A DNA stretch of 64,000 bases, taken from an uncultured archaeon. GTDB lineage: Archaea; Asgardarchaeota; Thorarchaeia; Thorarchaeales; Thorarchaeaceae. How positions within the stretch are numbered: the stretch's first letter is position 1; the number at the start of each line of letters is the position of its first letter. The translations under genes were made by a program, and so were the position numbers. The DNA is taken from the NCBI GenBank assembly GCA_964458565.1, contig CAYWJO010000001.1, positions 96,001 to 160,000 of the forward strand, written 5' to 3'. The notes under the pieces were generated by a model that saw nothing but the letters and a program-made list of their open reading frames with translations, made no database searches and was not told where the DNA came from. Positions 18,796 to 28,335 of the stretch are shown piece by piece.

Positions 18796-19774
18796 AGAGT
18801 ATGACTATGAAGAGTCAATTGCATCACTTGATATTGCAGATTTAACTGGCGATGGAGTCGAAGATATTGTTATTACTACAACGAATGGGTCACTGAGAAT
18901 TCTCAATTACAATGAAAGCGAAGGATTCTTTGAAGTTACCCGTCTTGAAGGCCTTCCGCCCATTGCAACGCTAGGTCACGGAAAAGTGCTTGGACAAAAG
19001 AGCTATGAGTTCGTTTTAGGGCATATTGATAATACATTAAGAATTGTGGCATATCTGGACAATGAATTGGAGATAGGAAGTCGTACACCACTTGGCGCAT
19101 TACCGACATCAATTTGCGTTTTGAATGTTGTTGGAGACTCCTCAACAGAAGTTATTGTATCTACGAACGACAAAACATTGAGATGCTACGGTTGGTTTGA
19201 TGTGGCGCTGGACAAACTTGCTCACAAAGTAATTGAGAATCCAACATATACTATGAGGCCAATTCATAGTAAAGGTATATCATATAGCAGATTTGTTTTT
19301 GGTGATGATACCGGAGCGCTTTATATCTATCAATATGCAGATGACCGTTTACATGAGAGAGCAAAAAGCAAGGTGAAAGGGAATATTCAGCATATTATGA
19401 CCGGTGATATTACTGACAATCGAACAGATGATATAGTGACTATTTCTGATGGGAGAAGTGTTACACTCTTTAGATATGAGCATCCAGAAATAAAGAGAAT
19501 TGATTCCCTCAAAGCACCAAGTTCAATTACATCACTTCGAATTGGATCATTTCTCAGAAATTCTGAGGAAGGACAAATTTTAGCCACTCATGACAACTCC
19601 TCACTTGCCCTTCTAAGATACGAAGGAAATAGACTACACCACATTGGGTCCATCAAGACAGCAAAGAAATCAATAGAGTCTCTTGTAGCTTATGGGGATT
19701 TAACAGGTGACAAAAGTCCTGAGATTGTACAAGCTGTTGGTAAAAAACTCCACATGATTAAGGTTGAAGAGTAA
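18773..19774 (+). CDS. Cytoplasmic FG-GAP-like repeat beta-propeller (ITFG2/BBS2-like)
   Basis: DLTGDGVEDIVI, NVVGDSSTEVIV, GDITDNRTDDIV, GDLTGDKSPEIV repeats; no signal peptide. Confidence 0.7.
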   Translation: MVQFNIITEYDYEESIASLDIADLTGDGVEDIVITTTNGSLRILNYNESEGFFEVTRLEGLPPIATLGHGKVLGQKSYEFVLGHIDNTLRIVAYLDNELEIGSRTPLGALPTSICVLNVVGDSSTEVIVSTNDKTLRCYGWFDVALDKLAHKVIENPTYTMRPIHSKGISYSRFVFGDDTGALYIYQYADDRLHERAKSKVKGNIQHIMTGDITDNRTDDIVTISDGRSVTLFRYEHPEIKRIDSLKAPSSITSLRIGSFLRNSEEGQILATHDNSSLALLRYEGNRLHHIGSIKTAKKSIESLVAYGDLTGDKSPEIVQAVGKKLHMIKVEE

Positions 19775-19782
19775 AATTTCTG

Positions 19783-20217
19783 TTAATCAAGTCTAGGCAT
19801 GTATACTTGATCTGGAGTCAGTACTTGTATAGTATCAACACTCACTTTCCGTTCTATACGGGGAACGAACTCACTTTCCACCCAACTTTTAATCTTCATA
19901 CGTGCATCTTCGATATCATTACCTTCAGCATTTACATCAATTCTTATGAAGAGATTGTAGGGCTCTCGGTCAGTAATTTCGTTTTTCACCATAGCCCAGA
20001 AGGCTTTTGATCCAGCTGGAATGTCAATTCTACCAAGAATCTCGCGCCATTGCCTACCCTCTAGTTTCCTAGTGACTATGGCAAGGTCTTTGAGCTCAGG
20101 TAATTCTTTCAAAGCATCTAGAATCTTTTCACCATCTTCTTTGATGTTAGGTTCTTTCAATTTCGCAATTAGGTAGTGATCGGCCCTAAATTTAGCCATG
20201 AATCCAGAACTCCTCAA
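19783..20217 (-). CDS. Hypothetical protein
   Basis: Soluble ORF continuing the operon; likely start MAKFRAD. Confidence 0.65.
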   Translation of the reverse strand: MRSSGFMAKFRADHYLIAKLKEPNIKEDGEKILDALKELPELKDLAIVTRKLEGRQWREILGRIDIPAGSKAFWAMVKNEITDREPYNLFIRIDVNAEGNDIEDARMKIKSWVESEFVPRIERKVSVDTIQVLTPDQVYMPRLD

Positions 20218-20249
20218 TGATTCTACAGGCGGCCTAATGATGATGACTC

Positions 20250-20876
20250 TTAAACGTGCTGGTTTGAATCATTGGATTTCGTTGTAGATTTAAGTTGAGT
20301 GCCATAGTAGGAAAAACGATAGGCAGCAGTGAGAATACCAATTCCTGTGATGATCACGACTCCCAGAAAAAGTAGCAGTATAATTGAGGAGAGAGAGAGA
20401 ATGAAAAGACGCTCCGAACGGGCACCAAGACCTACATCGAGGTCAGATACACCGAGATTTTCAGCTCTTGAACGAGTGTAACTTGTGAGTAACCAGCTTG
20501 CCATACAGATTAGGACCCATAAAGAAATTGGTATCCCAAGTATAGTTGCCATTGGATATGCCATTACTATAGCAATTAGTAGAATCACCTCACACACTTT
20601 ATCCACAATAGAATCTGTGAATCCGCCAATTCTAGTACTTCGGTCAGAGAGTCTAGCAACAGCACCATCTACACCATCAAAGAATCCCACCAGGAACACA
20701 AAGATGCCGTAGACAATTTGGCTTTGAGTCATCAAAGCTAAAAATGCGAATAACGCGAAGAGAAGAGTTAGATATGTGATGGTAGTTGGTTTTACATTAC
20801 GATCTGCTAAGGGTTGTGCTACACGAAGAATTGGCCCACGAAAAATAGTTCTAAGTCTGAATTTACTTGGAGAGAT
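20250..20876 (-). CDS. CDP-alcohol phosphatidyltransferase (archaetidylinositol-phosphate synthase-like)
   Basis: DGVDGAVAR....TRIGGFTDSIVD motif, SYTRSRAE. Frame extends 47 codons upstream of the annotated start, to an ATC after the SD-like AGGAGCTGATC. Confidence 0.85.
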   Translation of the reverse strand: MSPSKFRLRTIFRGPILRVAQPLADRNVKPTTITYLTLLFALFAFLALMTQSQIVYGIFVFLVGFFDGVDGAVARLSDRSTRIGGFTDSIVDKVCEVILLIAIVMAYPMATILGIPISLWVLICMASWLLTSYTRSRAENLGVSDLDVGLGARSERLFILSLSSIILLLFLGVVIITGIGILTAAYRFSYYGTQLKSTTKSNDSNQHV

Positions 20877-20881
20877 TTCGA

Positions 20882-21904
20882 TCAGCTCCTCTCAATTCCA
20901 CCTTCGTGTACAACAACTCCATCCAATGTCCGATTTGCTGGTGCTACAACAGAATCAAATAGAATGCTATTGCTAATTGTGCATTCTTCACCGATCGAAG
21001 AGCCCGTACCTACACTGACATATGGCCCCACTATGGCATTTGATGCAATACGAGATTCCCTTGAAATGACAAGGGGACCAACAAGGCTTACACCAGGATG
21101 TACAACAATATCAGCAGCTAGGTTCATGCGGTCGCTAATTTCAATTGTATCTCCACTTGGGACGAATATTGTTTCAGCAGAGTGCTGAGTAAATTCATTC
21201 AGGAGATATCTATTTGCAGCTAGTAAATCATGTATTGTGTCGAGGTCAAACCAGGAACCGTCAACAAATGCGGGACGAACAGGCTCGTTATACGCAATCA
21301 TACGATTGATAGATGATAAAATCCTATTCTCTCCAGCTTGCTTAGCAATATCACAGTATCTCAGGAATCCTCTGTTTGTTGCTATGACCATAGTACATCG
21401 GCCAATCGCAGAGGAAGATTTGGATAAATTGAGTCCTGAAATTAAATCGCTTTCATCACTATGAACCGTTGCACCTATCTGAGAGGCTCTATCAACTCCG
21501 ATTGTCATTATTCGAGGTGTTGCTCCATAAAGATGTGATGAGATGACAGCATCAATTATTGTCTTATCTAAAATGAAATCGGCTGGTAGAATTAAGAAAG
21601 GTTTCTCCTCGTTCAAATGAGAACTAGCAGCCATAAATGTTTGAAGAGGTCCTTCCTCATAGTTCTCAGCATTTACAACAAGAATATCTTTAGATCGCTT
21701 CATCGTTGAAATATGTGAATGAATCATATGTCCAAGCCAACCAACACCAACGATAATATGGTCTACTCCTGATGAGAAGAGTGTGCTTATTGTTCGCTCA
21801 ATTAATGTGGACCCTGCAATAGGTAGGAGAGCCTTTGGTAGATTCTCAGTTATTGGATTCAGACGTGTTCCACGTCCAGCTGAGAGAATCACCGCTTGTA
21901 TCAA
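20882..21904 (-). CDS. Sugar-phosphate nucleotidyltransferase with C-terminal left-handed beta-helix
   Basis: AVILSAGRGTRL.P.T...PKALLPIAG; WFDLDT..DL; hexapeptide repeats. Confidence 0.88.
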   Translation of the reverse strand: MIQAVILSAGRGTRLNPITENLPKALLPIAGSTLIERTISTLFSSGVDHIIVGVGWLGHMIHSHISTMKRSKDILVVNAENYEEGPLQTFMAASSHLNEEKPFLILPADFILDKTIIDAVISSHLYGATPRIMTIGVDRASQIGATVHSDESDLISGLNLSKSSSAIGRCTMVIATNRGFLRYCDIAKQAGENRILSSINRMIAYNEPVRPAFVDGSWFDLDTIHDLLAANRYLLNEFTQHSAETIFVPSGDTIEISDRMNLAADIVVHPGVSLVGPLVISRESRIASNAIVGPYVSVGTGSSIGEECTISNSILFDSVVAPANRTLDGVVVHEGGIERS

Positions 21905-21987
21905 TAAAACCTCCTGATTTTAACCAATTATGTATCAAGAAATGGGTTCATATGTTTGTTTGTACTCGATTGAAATGGGTCATTTAT

Positions 21988-22677
21988 TTGACAATCGATG
22001 TCTTGAGTATCGAGGATGAGAACCAAATAAAGGATGCAGTCAAGGCTGCAGCCAAGATAATTCTAAACGATGGTCTTGTGGTAATCCCCACCGATACCAG
22101 CTATGGTCTTGCTTGTAATCCAATATCTTGCGACGCAATTGATAAACTGATTGAAGTTAAAGAACGCGACAGAAATTTAGGATTACCACTTCTGTTCTCA
22201 AATCTAGAGCAATCTGAATCATATCACCATTTCTCAAGTCTGGAACGGGTGATTGCACGTCTATTTTGGCCAGGTGCCTTGACATTAGTTGTTTCAGCCA
22301 AGGAGAACGTACCGGAGCATCTCACTGTTGGGAGAAACTCTCTAGCGATTCGAGTTCCTAATCATGATTTACCACGGTCAATAGCAAAAGAGGTTGATGG
22401 TGCGATAGTTGGAACAAGTGCAAATAAAACTGGAGGTCCAAGTCCATTTAGCATTGATGTAGCTATAGAGCAGCTAGGGGAGAACATCGATTTGTATATT
22501 GATGGTGGTCCTTCAGCCGCCACCAAGAATTCCACAATTGTTAGAGTTGAAGAGGAAGGGAGTATCAAAGTATATCGAGAAGGGGAACTCTCCATCGAAC
22601 TTCTAACAGAGAACTTGAAAGTTGACTCTGACGCACTAAAATTCTGGACGACGCGAATAATATATGCAGACATGTAG
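21988..22677 (+). CDS. sua5: Threonylcarbamoyl-AMP synthase (YrdC/TsaC domain only)
   Basis: PTDTSYGL, K.R, FWPGALT, AIRVP, GTSANK.G, STIV. Start moved to TTG 21988 to avoid overlap with the divergent gene. Confidence 0.9.
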   Translation: MTIDVLSIEDENQIKDAVKAAAKIILNDGLVVIPTDTSYGLACNPISCDAIDKLIEVKERDRNLGLPLLFSNLEQSESYHHFSSLERVIARLFWPGALTLVVSAKENVPEHLTVGRNSLAIRVPNHDLPRSIAKEVDGAIVGTSANKTGGPSPFSIDVAIEQLGENIDLYIDGGPSAATKNSTIVRVEEEGSIKVYREGELSIELLTENLKVDSDALKFWTTRIIYADM

Positions 22678-22688
22678 GAGGAGTTCAG

Positions 22689-23222
22689 CTGCACAATTAC
22701 AACCTTCTTGTTGGCTGTCCAAGAAATAGAGAGAAAGCTGCGATTTCAGAGATTGGATATTTCATAAGAGACCTCATGGATGATGATGAACTGAAAATAT
22801 CGCGTACCCCCATTTCAGGTCTATTGGCATGTCGAACCGGAATCGATCCATTCGATGTTGTGCATAGAATTCACGACTTTGCTTTAGAGAATCCCTATCA
22901 ATTCAGATTTGCTATCAAGTTCATTCCTTTTGAGAGATGTGTTCTGAGCGAACTGGAGCTTATTATCGAAGCAACTAATGAAATAAAGGATAAAATAACC
23001 ACGGAGGATACTTTCAGAGTTTCTGTTCGAAGAAGACACACCGATTTAGAACATATGGAAATAGTAAAGGAAGTAGCTCATGTTATAGACAGGGATGTGG
23101 ATTTGGAAAATCCAGACTGGACCGTATGGATTGAGGTTGTGGGAGAATGGACAGGAGTATCAATTCTCAAACAAGAGAGAGATATTATATCAATAATGAC
23201 AATGCGAGATGATATGTATTAG
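22689..23222 (+). CDS. THUMP-domain RNA-binding protein
   Basis: TFRVSVRRR ... VDLENPDWTVWIEVVG THUMP motif; frame extends to a CTG 5 nt after GGAGGAG. Confidence 0.85.
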   Translation: MHNYNLLVGCPRNREKAAISEIGYFIRDLMDDDELKISRTPISGLLACRTGIDPFDVVHRIHDFALENPYQFRFAIKFIPFERCVLSELELIIEATNEIKDKITTEDTFRVSVRRRHTDLEHMEIVKEVAHVIDRDVDLENPDWTVWIEVVGEWTGVSILKQERDIISIMTMRDDMY

Positions 23223-23800
23223 GAGTCTAAGGAAACCATAGAGACCCTGCTTACGATACATTTAGTTAATGCACTCCTCTTTGATTCGATGTCATCCGAC
23301 GTTTCTAATAGATCTATTTCTGAAGTGGATACATCGAACTGCCTTGCAGTTTCTCTTATCTCCTCAAACGATTGCGCAAAGGGTGGATCAATACCATGAC
23401 CTACAGAGGATATAATGCGGTCCAACCGTTTTTGAACAAGGTCTCGATCTATGCCTAATATAACAAGCCCAACTGATGTCTGTTCATCATTAACACCTAT
23501 GATGTCTATAGCTCGACCAATCTGTCTTTGTAATGATGCGTATACCAATATCTCTACGTCAAGACTACGTGCAAGTGCGTAATTGCCATTATGAGAATTT
23601 AGAGCATTTTGAGCTGCAGAGATAAGATGGAGCCCTCCTGCAATAAGGGAAGCTTTCAGAAATTGAGTTGCAAGAATTCCATCTGAGGGGTGGGCTGCCA
23701 AAGCAATCAATTCGTCTTTTGTAAGATTCCTAGTATTTTGAATTTCAGCGATACCAACAAACACATCGTTTGAATTACAAAAGAGGGATTCAATAATCAT
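23219..23800 (-). CDS. cgi121: KEOPS complex subunit Cgi121
   Basis: IAGGLHLISAA.NA ... ARSLDVEILVYASLQRQI.RAI...GV. Confidence 0.88.
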   Translation of the reverse strand: MIIESLFCNSNDVFVGIAEIQNTRNLTKDELIALAAHPSDGILATQFLKASLIAGGLHLISAAQNALNSHNGNYALARSLDVEILVYASLQRQIGRAIDIIGVNDEQTSVGLVILGIDRDLVQKRLDRIISSVGHGIDPPFAQSFEEIRETARQFDVSTSEIDLLETSDDIESKRSALTKCIVSRVSMVSLDS

Positions 23801-23815
23801 TACATCACTTCGGTA

Positions 23816-24406
23816 TCATAAGCGTTTAATGAAGTAGTCTGCTACAGTAGGATCAAATCCGACTTCAAATACTAACTTATCGCGAATCTGTTTTGAAGTA
23901 AGTGAAGAGTCAGCTTCCTTGAATATTCGGACTAGTGCAATTATAGACTCACGATGCTCCCAAGGATATACAGTCCATTTTTCAGTTTTAACCATATAAT
24001 AGTCAGGTATCATTCGTGATGTGGGTTTCAGATGAATGACAGCAGTGCGTACTTCTCTGGCACCAAGCGTTTTTGCATGTTCGACTGCATGAAAAAGACT
24101 ATCTCCAGAGTCTGCAACTTCATCAACAATCAGAATTCGTTTGTTTTCGATTGATCCCGTGACAGGTTGAATGATTTTGGGTTCATTGCCTCTGATTCCT
24201 ACATCACTATAGTATTCAATTCTAACATTCATCATCTGATTTGTATATAGAACATCAGATAATATTCGAGCGGGAATCCAACCACCTCTGGCGATACCTA
24301 TTATGATTTCAGGAGCATAGTTACTCTCCACAATAATCTCTGAAAGGCGCAGGGTTAGGTTGTAGATATCATCCCAACTGATCATCTCGTACTCCATAGT
24401 GCTCAA
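23816..24406 (-). CDS. Purine phosphoribosyltransferase family protein
   Basis: IIGIARGGWIPARILSD, ILIVDEVADSGDS, W.VYPWE. Confidence 0.9.
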   Translation of the reverse strand: MSTMEYEMISWDDIYNLTLRLSEIIVESNYAPEIIIGIARGGWIPARILSDVLYTNQMMNVRIEYYSDVGIRGNEPKIIQPVTGSIENKRILIVDEVADSGDSLFHAVEHAKTLGAREVRTAVIHLKPTSRMIPDYYMVKTEKWTVYPWEHRESIIALVRIFKEADSSLTSKQIRDKLVFEVGFDPTVADYFIKRL

Positions 24407-24518
24407 CCAATAGCAGTCTTGTGTTCCCTCTGACGAACTTCCATATTAACAAACCGTTTTCATCGCCGCCACATAACCTAAATCAGTGTTAGGTTAATGA
24501 AGAAGACATGTGTTTATC

Positions 24519-25784
24519 ATGAAAGCTGACCTTCTTCTCAAGGATATCGGGCAAATTGCAACACTTGCAGGACACAGTAAGAAACCAAAAGCAAAGAATG
24601 AATTGATGGATCTGTCTATCATTGAAGATGGAGCTATTGCAATCACAGAGGGGCATATAATTGCGATAGGAAAATCAGCCGAGGTTATAGCACAGATAGA
24701 TAATGCAGATAATATACCAACAATACAATTTCCCGATATGTTGGCAATCCCAGGTTTTGTTGATAGTCATACACATCTTGTATTTGGAGGCTCCCGTGAG
24801 AACGATTTCTCAATGAAGTTAGAGGGAAAAACATACATGGAAATTCTTGAAGCAGGCGGGGGAATACTCAATACATTGAGGTCAACTCGAACTGCAACTA
24901 AAGAAGATCTAGTACGGTCTGCATTTTCATATGCTAGTAGTATGATTTCAAACGGAACAACTTGTGTGGAAGTGAAGAGTGGATATGGACTCGATATTGA
25001 AAATGAGATAAAAATGCTACAGACAATAGAATTACTTAGAACACGTGTTCCAATGATTATACCAGCAACATTCATGGGAGCTCATGCAATCCCACCAGAA
25101 TACAAGGGCAGACCTGATGATTATGTTGACCTTCTGATTAACGAAATGATCCCAGCAGTGGGAGAAACAGGACTTGCTGAATTCTGTGATGTGTTCTGTG
25201 AAGAAGGAGTGTTTAGTGTTGAACAATCGCGGAATATACTTCGTGCAGCAAGGAATGAGGGAATGGAGCTTAAGATACACGCAGACGAAATCGTAGAACT
25301 AGGGGGAGCAGAACTGGCTGCAGAGATGAATGCAGTTTCAGCAGACCACCTCCTCATGGCGTCAGATGACGGTCTCGAAGCAATGGTGAGGGCAGGAACA
25401 ATAGCAACACTTCTTCCAGGAACTGCATTTAGTCTTGATACAAATTATGCAGATGCCCGTAAGATGATAGATATGGGACTTCCTGTTGCTCTGGCAACTG
25501 ATTTCAATCCAAACTGTGCTAATGAGTCTATGTTCTTCACGATTGCACTTGCATGTTACAAAATGAAGATGCACCCAAGAGAGGCTCTTTCTGCAGCTAC
25601 TATCAATGGGGCACATGCAGTAAATCGGGCATCTGAAATCGGTAGTTTGGAAGTAGGAAAAAGAGCAGATATAGTTGTTTTAGAATGTAAGTCCCCGGAA
25701 TTCCTGAGCTATAGGTTTGGAATGAATTTAGTTCACTCTGTGATTGTTAATGGTGAAGTGGTCCATACAAAGTTGGGACCTTAG
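24519..25784 (+). CDS. hutI: Imidazolonepropionase
   Basis: PGFVDSHTHLVFGGSR..DF, EVKSGYGL, DVFCE.GVF, KIHADE, ALATDFNP. Confidence 0.95.
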   Translation: MKADLLLKDIGQIATLAGHSKKPKAKNELMDLSIIEDGAIAITEGHIIAIGKSAEVIAQIDNADNIPTIQFPDMLAIPGFVDSHTHLVFGGSRENDFSMKLEGKTYMEILEAGGGILNTLRSTRTATKEDLVRSAFSYASSMISNGTTCVEVKSGYGLDIENEIKMLQTIELLRTRVPMIIPATFMGAHAIPPEYKGRPDDYVDLLINEMIPAVGETGLAEFCDVFCEEGVFSVEQSRNILRAARNEGMELKIHADEIVELGGAELAAEMNAVSADHLLMASDDGLEAMVRAGTIATLLPGTAFSLDTNYADARKMIDMGLPVALATDFNPNCANESMFFTIALACYKMKMHPREALSAATINGAHAVNRASEIGSLEVGKRADIVVLECKSPEFLSYRFGMNLVHSVIVNGEVVHTKLGP

Positions 25785-27313
25785 TCTTCAAGCAGTGGAC
25801 CTGAAACTGATTCTACTGCGGATATGATCTCTCCGGAGTTCACTAATTCCCGAATTTTTTCTACATCAACCTGTAATACTCTATCATCTACAAGTTTTTC
25901 CACAACTTGCCTGATAGTCGAATGAGCTTCTATCAAAGGTACTGATGGTTTAAGAGGGCTAAGTAAATCGATACCTTGTGCGGCACACATGTACTCAATA
26001 GCAATGACGTTTCGAACGTTACCCAATATTTGACGCGCTTTTCGTGCAGCAATTGTACCCATACTTACATGATCCTCTTGATCTGCACTCGTAGGTATTG
26101 AGTCAACGCTAGCTGGATGGGCGAGAATCTTGTTTTCGGAGACCAAAGCAGCAGCGGTATACTGTGCAATCATCATACCTGATTCTAAGCCACTTTCATC
26201 GATGAGAAAAGCTGGTAATCCACTAAGATGTGGATTTACCAATCGATTAATTCTACGTTCTGATATATTAGCAATCTCGGACAAGGCAATACCAAGAAAG
26301 TCCATCACTAACGCGATTGGTTGACCATGAAAGTTACCACCTGAGATGACCTCGCCTTCATCGGAAAATACCAGTGGATTATCAGTCACAGAATTAATCT
26401 CGATTTCAAGTACACTCCGTACATAACGCATTGTATCAAGAGAGGCTCCAAGAACTTGAGGAATGCATCTTAGAGAATAAGCATCCTGAACTTTGCCACA
26501 GTTGGCATGCGACTGGTTAATCTCGCTGTCGTCGAGTATGTGTTTCAAAGCTTTTGCAATATCCATCTGCCCTTCATGAGGACGAATACTATGGATGCGA
26601 GCGTCAAATGCAACTCTTGTACCTCGCAATGCTTCAAGGCTTAAAGCGGAGGCGATAATTGCATCGCGCACAAGGTCGAGCGCATCAAAAATAGTGATAA
26701 CACCCAAGGAGGTCATTGGTTGAGTTCCGTTTATGAGCGCAACACCTTCTTTCGCTTCAAGGGTGAGTGTTTCAATACCCGCGGATTTCATGGCTGATTC
26801 CCCATCTATGGTCTTTCCACGATATCTTGCCTTTCCTTCACCTATCATCACTAAGACCATATGAGCTAATGGTGCGAGGTCACCACTAGATCCCACAGAC
26901 CCCTGTTCTGGAACAATTGGAGTCACGTGTTTGTTTAGCATATCGAGCAGTGTGTCCACAACTTCCAAGCGCACTCCGGAATATCCCTTTGCAAGTGAAT
27001 TAGCTCTGAGAAGCATCATTCCTCTAACAATCTCATCTGGAAAAGGATCACCAACTCCTACACTATGGCTTCGAATTAGATTAACTTGAAGACGACCTAA
27101 ATCCTCACGACCTATTGAAATACTTGCTAAATCCCCAAACCCTGTATTCACTCCATACACTGTTTTGCCTTCATCAACTGCAGTTTCAATGATTTGTCGG
27201 CTTTTTTGTATTCTCTCAATAGCGCTTTTTGCCAATAGACACGGTTCATTGAATCGTGCTACCTGTACAACATCTTCAATTGTGAGATTATTACCATCAA
27301 CTTCAATGACCAT
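25781..27313 (-). CDS. hutH: Histidine ammonia-lyase
   Basis: VYGVNTGFG, GSVGSSGDLAPL, QDAYSLRC.PQV, GGNFHGQP, QEDHVSMG; start moved to MVIEVDG after GGTGA. Confidence 0.95.
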   Translation of the reverse strand: MVIEVDGNNLTIEDVVQVARFNEPCLLAKSAIERIQKSRQIIETAVDEGKTVYGVNTGFGDLASISIGREDLGRLQVNLIRSHSVGVGDPFPDEIVRGMMLLRANSLAKGYSGVRLEVVDTLLDMLNKHVTPIVPEQGSVGSSGDLAPLAHMVLVMIGEGKARYRGKTIDGESAMKSAGIETLTLEAKEGVALINGTQPMTSLGVITIFDALDLVRDAIIASALSLEALRGTRVAFDARIHSIRPHEGQMDIAKALKHILDDSEINQSHANCGKVQDAYSLRCIPQVLGASLDTMRYVRSVLEIEINSVTDNPLVFSDEGEVISGGNFHGQPIALVMDFLGIALSEIANISERRINRLVNPHLSGLPAFLIDESGLESGMMIAQYTAAALVSENKILAHPASVDSIPTSADQEDHVSMGTIAARKARQILGNVRNVIAIEYMCAAQGIDLLSPLKPSVPLIEAHSTIRQVVEKLVDDRVLQVDVEKIRELVNSGEIISAVESVSGPLLED

Positions 27314-27498
27314 GGGAATCACCATAATTAACCAGATGATATCAAAATTGGGTCTACATTTCAAAACTAAAGGTCTCTTTAGTAATTATCGTATAGTCCA
27401 GTATAGAAATTTAATAGACAGATGTCTTAAATTCTATATTCACGTATAGACATATACACCTGTTATGTGATTCATGATAGGTTGTCAAGGTGTGAGGA

Positions 27499-28326
27499 AT
27501 GGATCTTACTATTGAGTCATGTGCGACATTGAACAATGGTGTTAAGATACCGTATTTAGGATTTGGTACATATCTTCTGGGTACAGGAAGAATCACTCAG
27601 AGTGCAATCTTACATGCACTCTTAGCAGGATACAGACATATTGATACTGCTAAGTTTTATCGAAATGAACGCGATATCAGTATCGCGATTAAACAGACTG
27701 AAATTCCGCGAGAAGAGATATTCATTGCGACCGAATTATGGAATATAGATCAAGGGTATGATTCAACCCTTGCAGCATGTGATCAAAGTCTCTCACAACT
27801 AGAAACAGATTATATTGACCTCTATCTCATGCATTGGCCAGTAACAGATATTCGACTTGAAACATGGAAAGCGATGGAAAAATTATTCGATGATGGAAAA
27901 TGTCGAGCCATAGGAGTAAGTAATTTCACAATCAAACATCTGGAGGAGCTGCTTGATAATTCGAGTGTAGTTCCTACAGTGAATCAAGTCGAGTTTCATC
28001 CATTCCTGTATCAAAAGAAACTCTTGGAATACTGCCGAAGCAATAGTATACAACTAGAGGCATACAGTCCTTTAACAAAAGGAAGAAAACTCAACGAACC
28101 AGTCTTGCAGACAATTGCCCAACGGTACGAGAAGACTCCGGCACAGATTCTTATTAGATGGGTATTGGAACATAGAGTTGTCACAATCCCAAAATCCAGA
28201 AATCGAGAGAGAATTCGAGAGAATGCAGATGTGTTTGATTTTTCAATCTCACCTGAAGATATGACTGTTCTAAATGTACTTAATGATAATTTTAGGGCTA
28301 GTTGGGATCCGACGTTTGTGGTTTAG
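27499..28326 (+). CDS. Aldo/keto reductase (AKR5-like)
   Basis: GYRHIDTAKFY, DLYLMHWP, AIGVSNF, NQVEFHP, IPKS...RI.EN. Confidence 0.92.
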   Translation: MDLTIESCATLNNGVKIPYLGFGTYLLGTGRITQSAILHALLAGYRHIDTAKFYRNERDISIAIKQTEIPREEIFIATELWNIDQGYDSTLAACDQSLSQLETDYIDLYLMHWPVTDIRLETWKAMEKLFDDGKCRAIGVSNFTIKHLEELLDNSSVVPTVNQVEFHPFLYQKKLLEYCRSNSIQLEAYSPLTKGRKLNEPVLQTIAQRYEKTPAQILIRWVLEHRVVTIPKSRNRERIRENADVFDFSISPEDMTVLNVLNDNFRASWDPTFVV

Positions 28327-28335
28327 ATATTGTTT

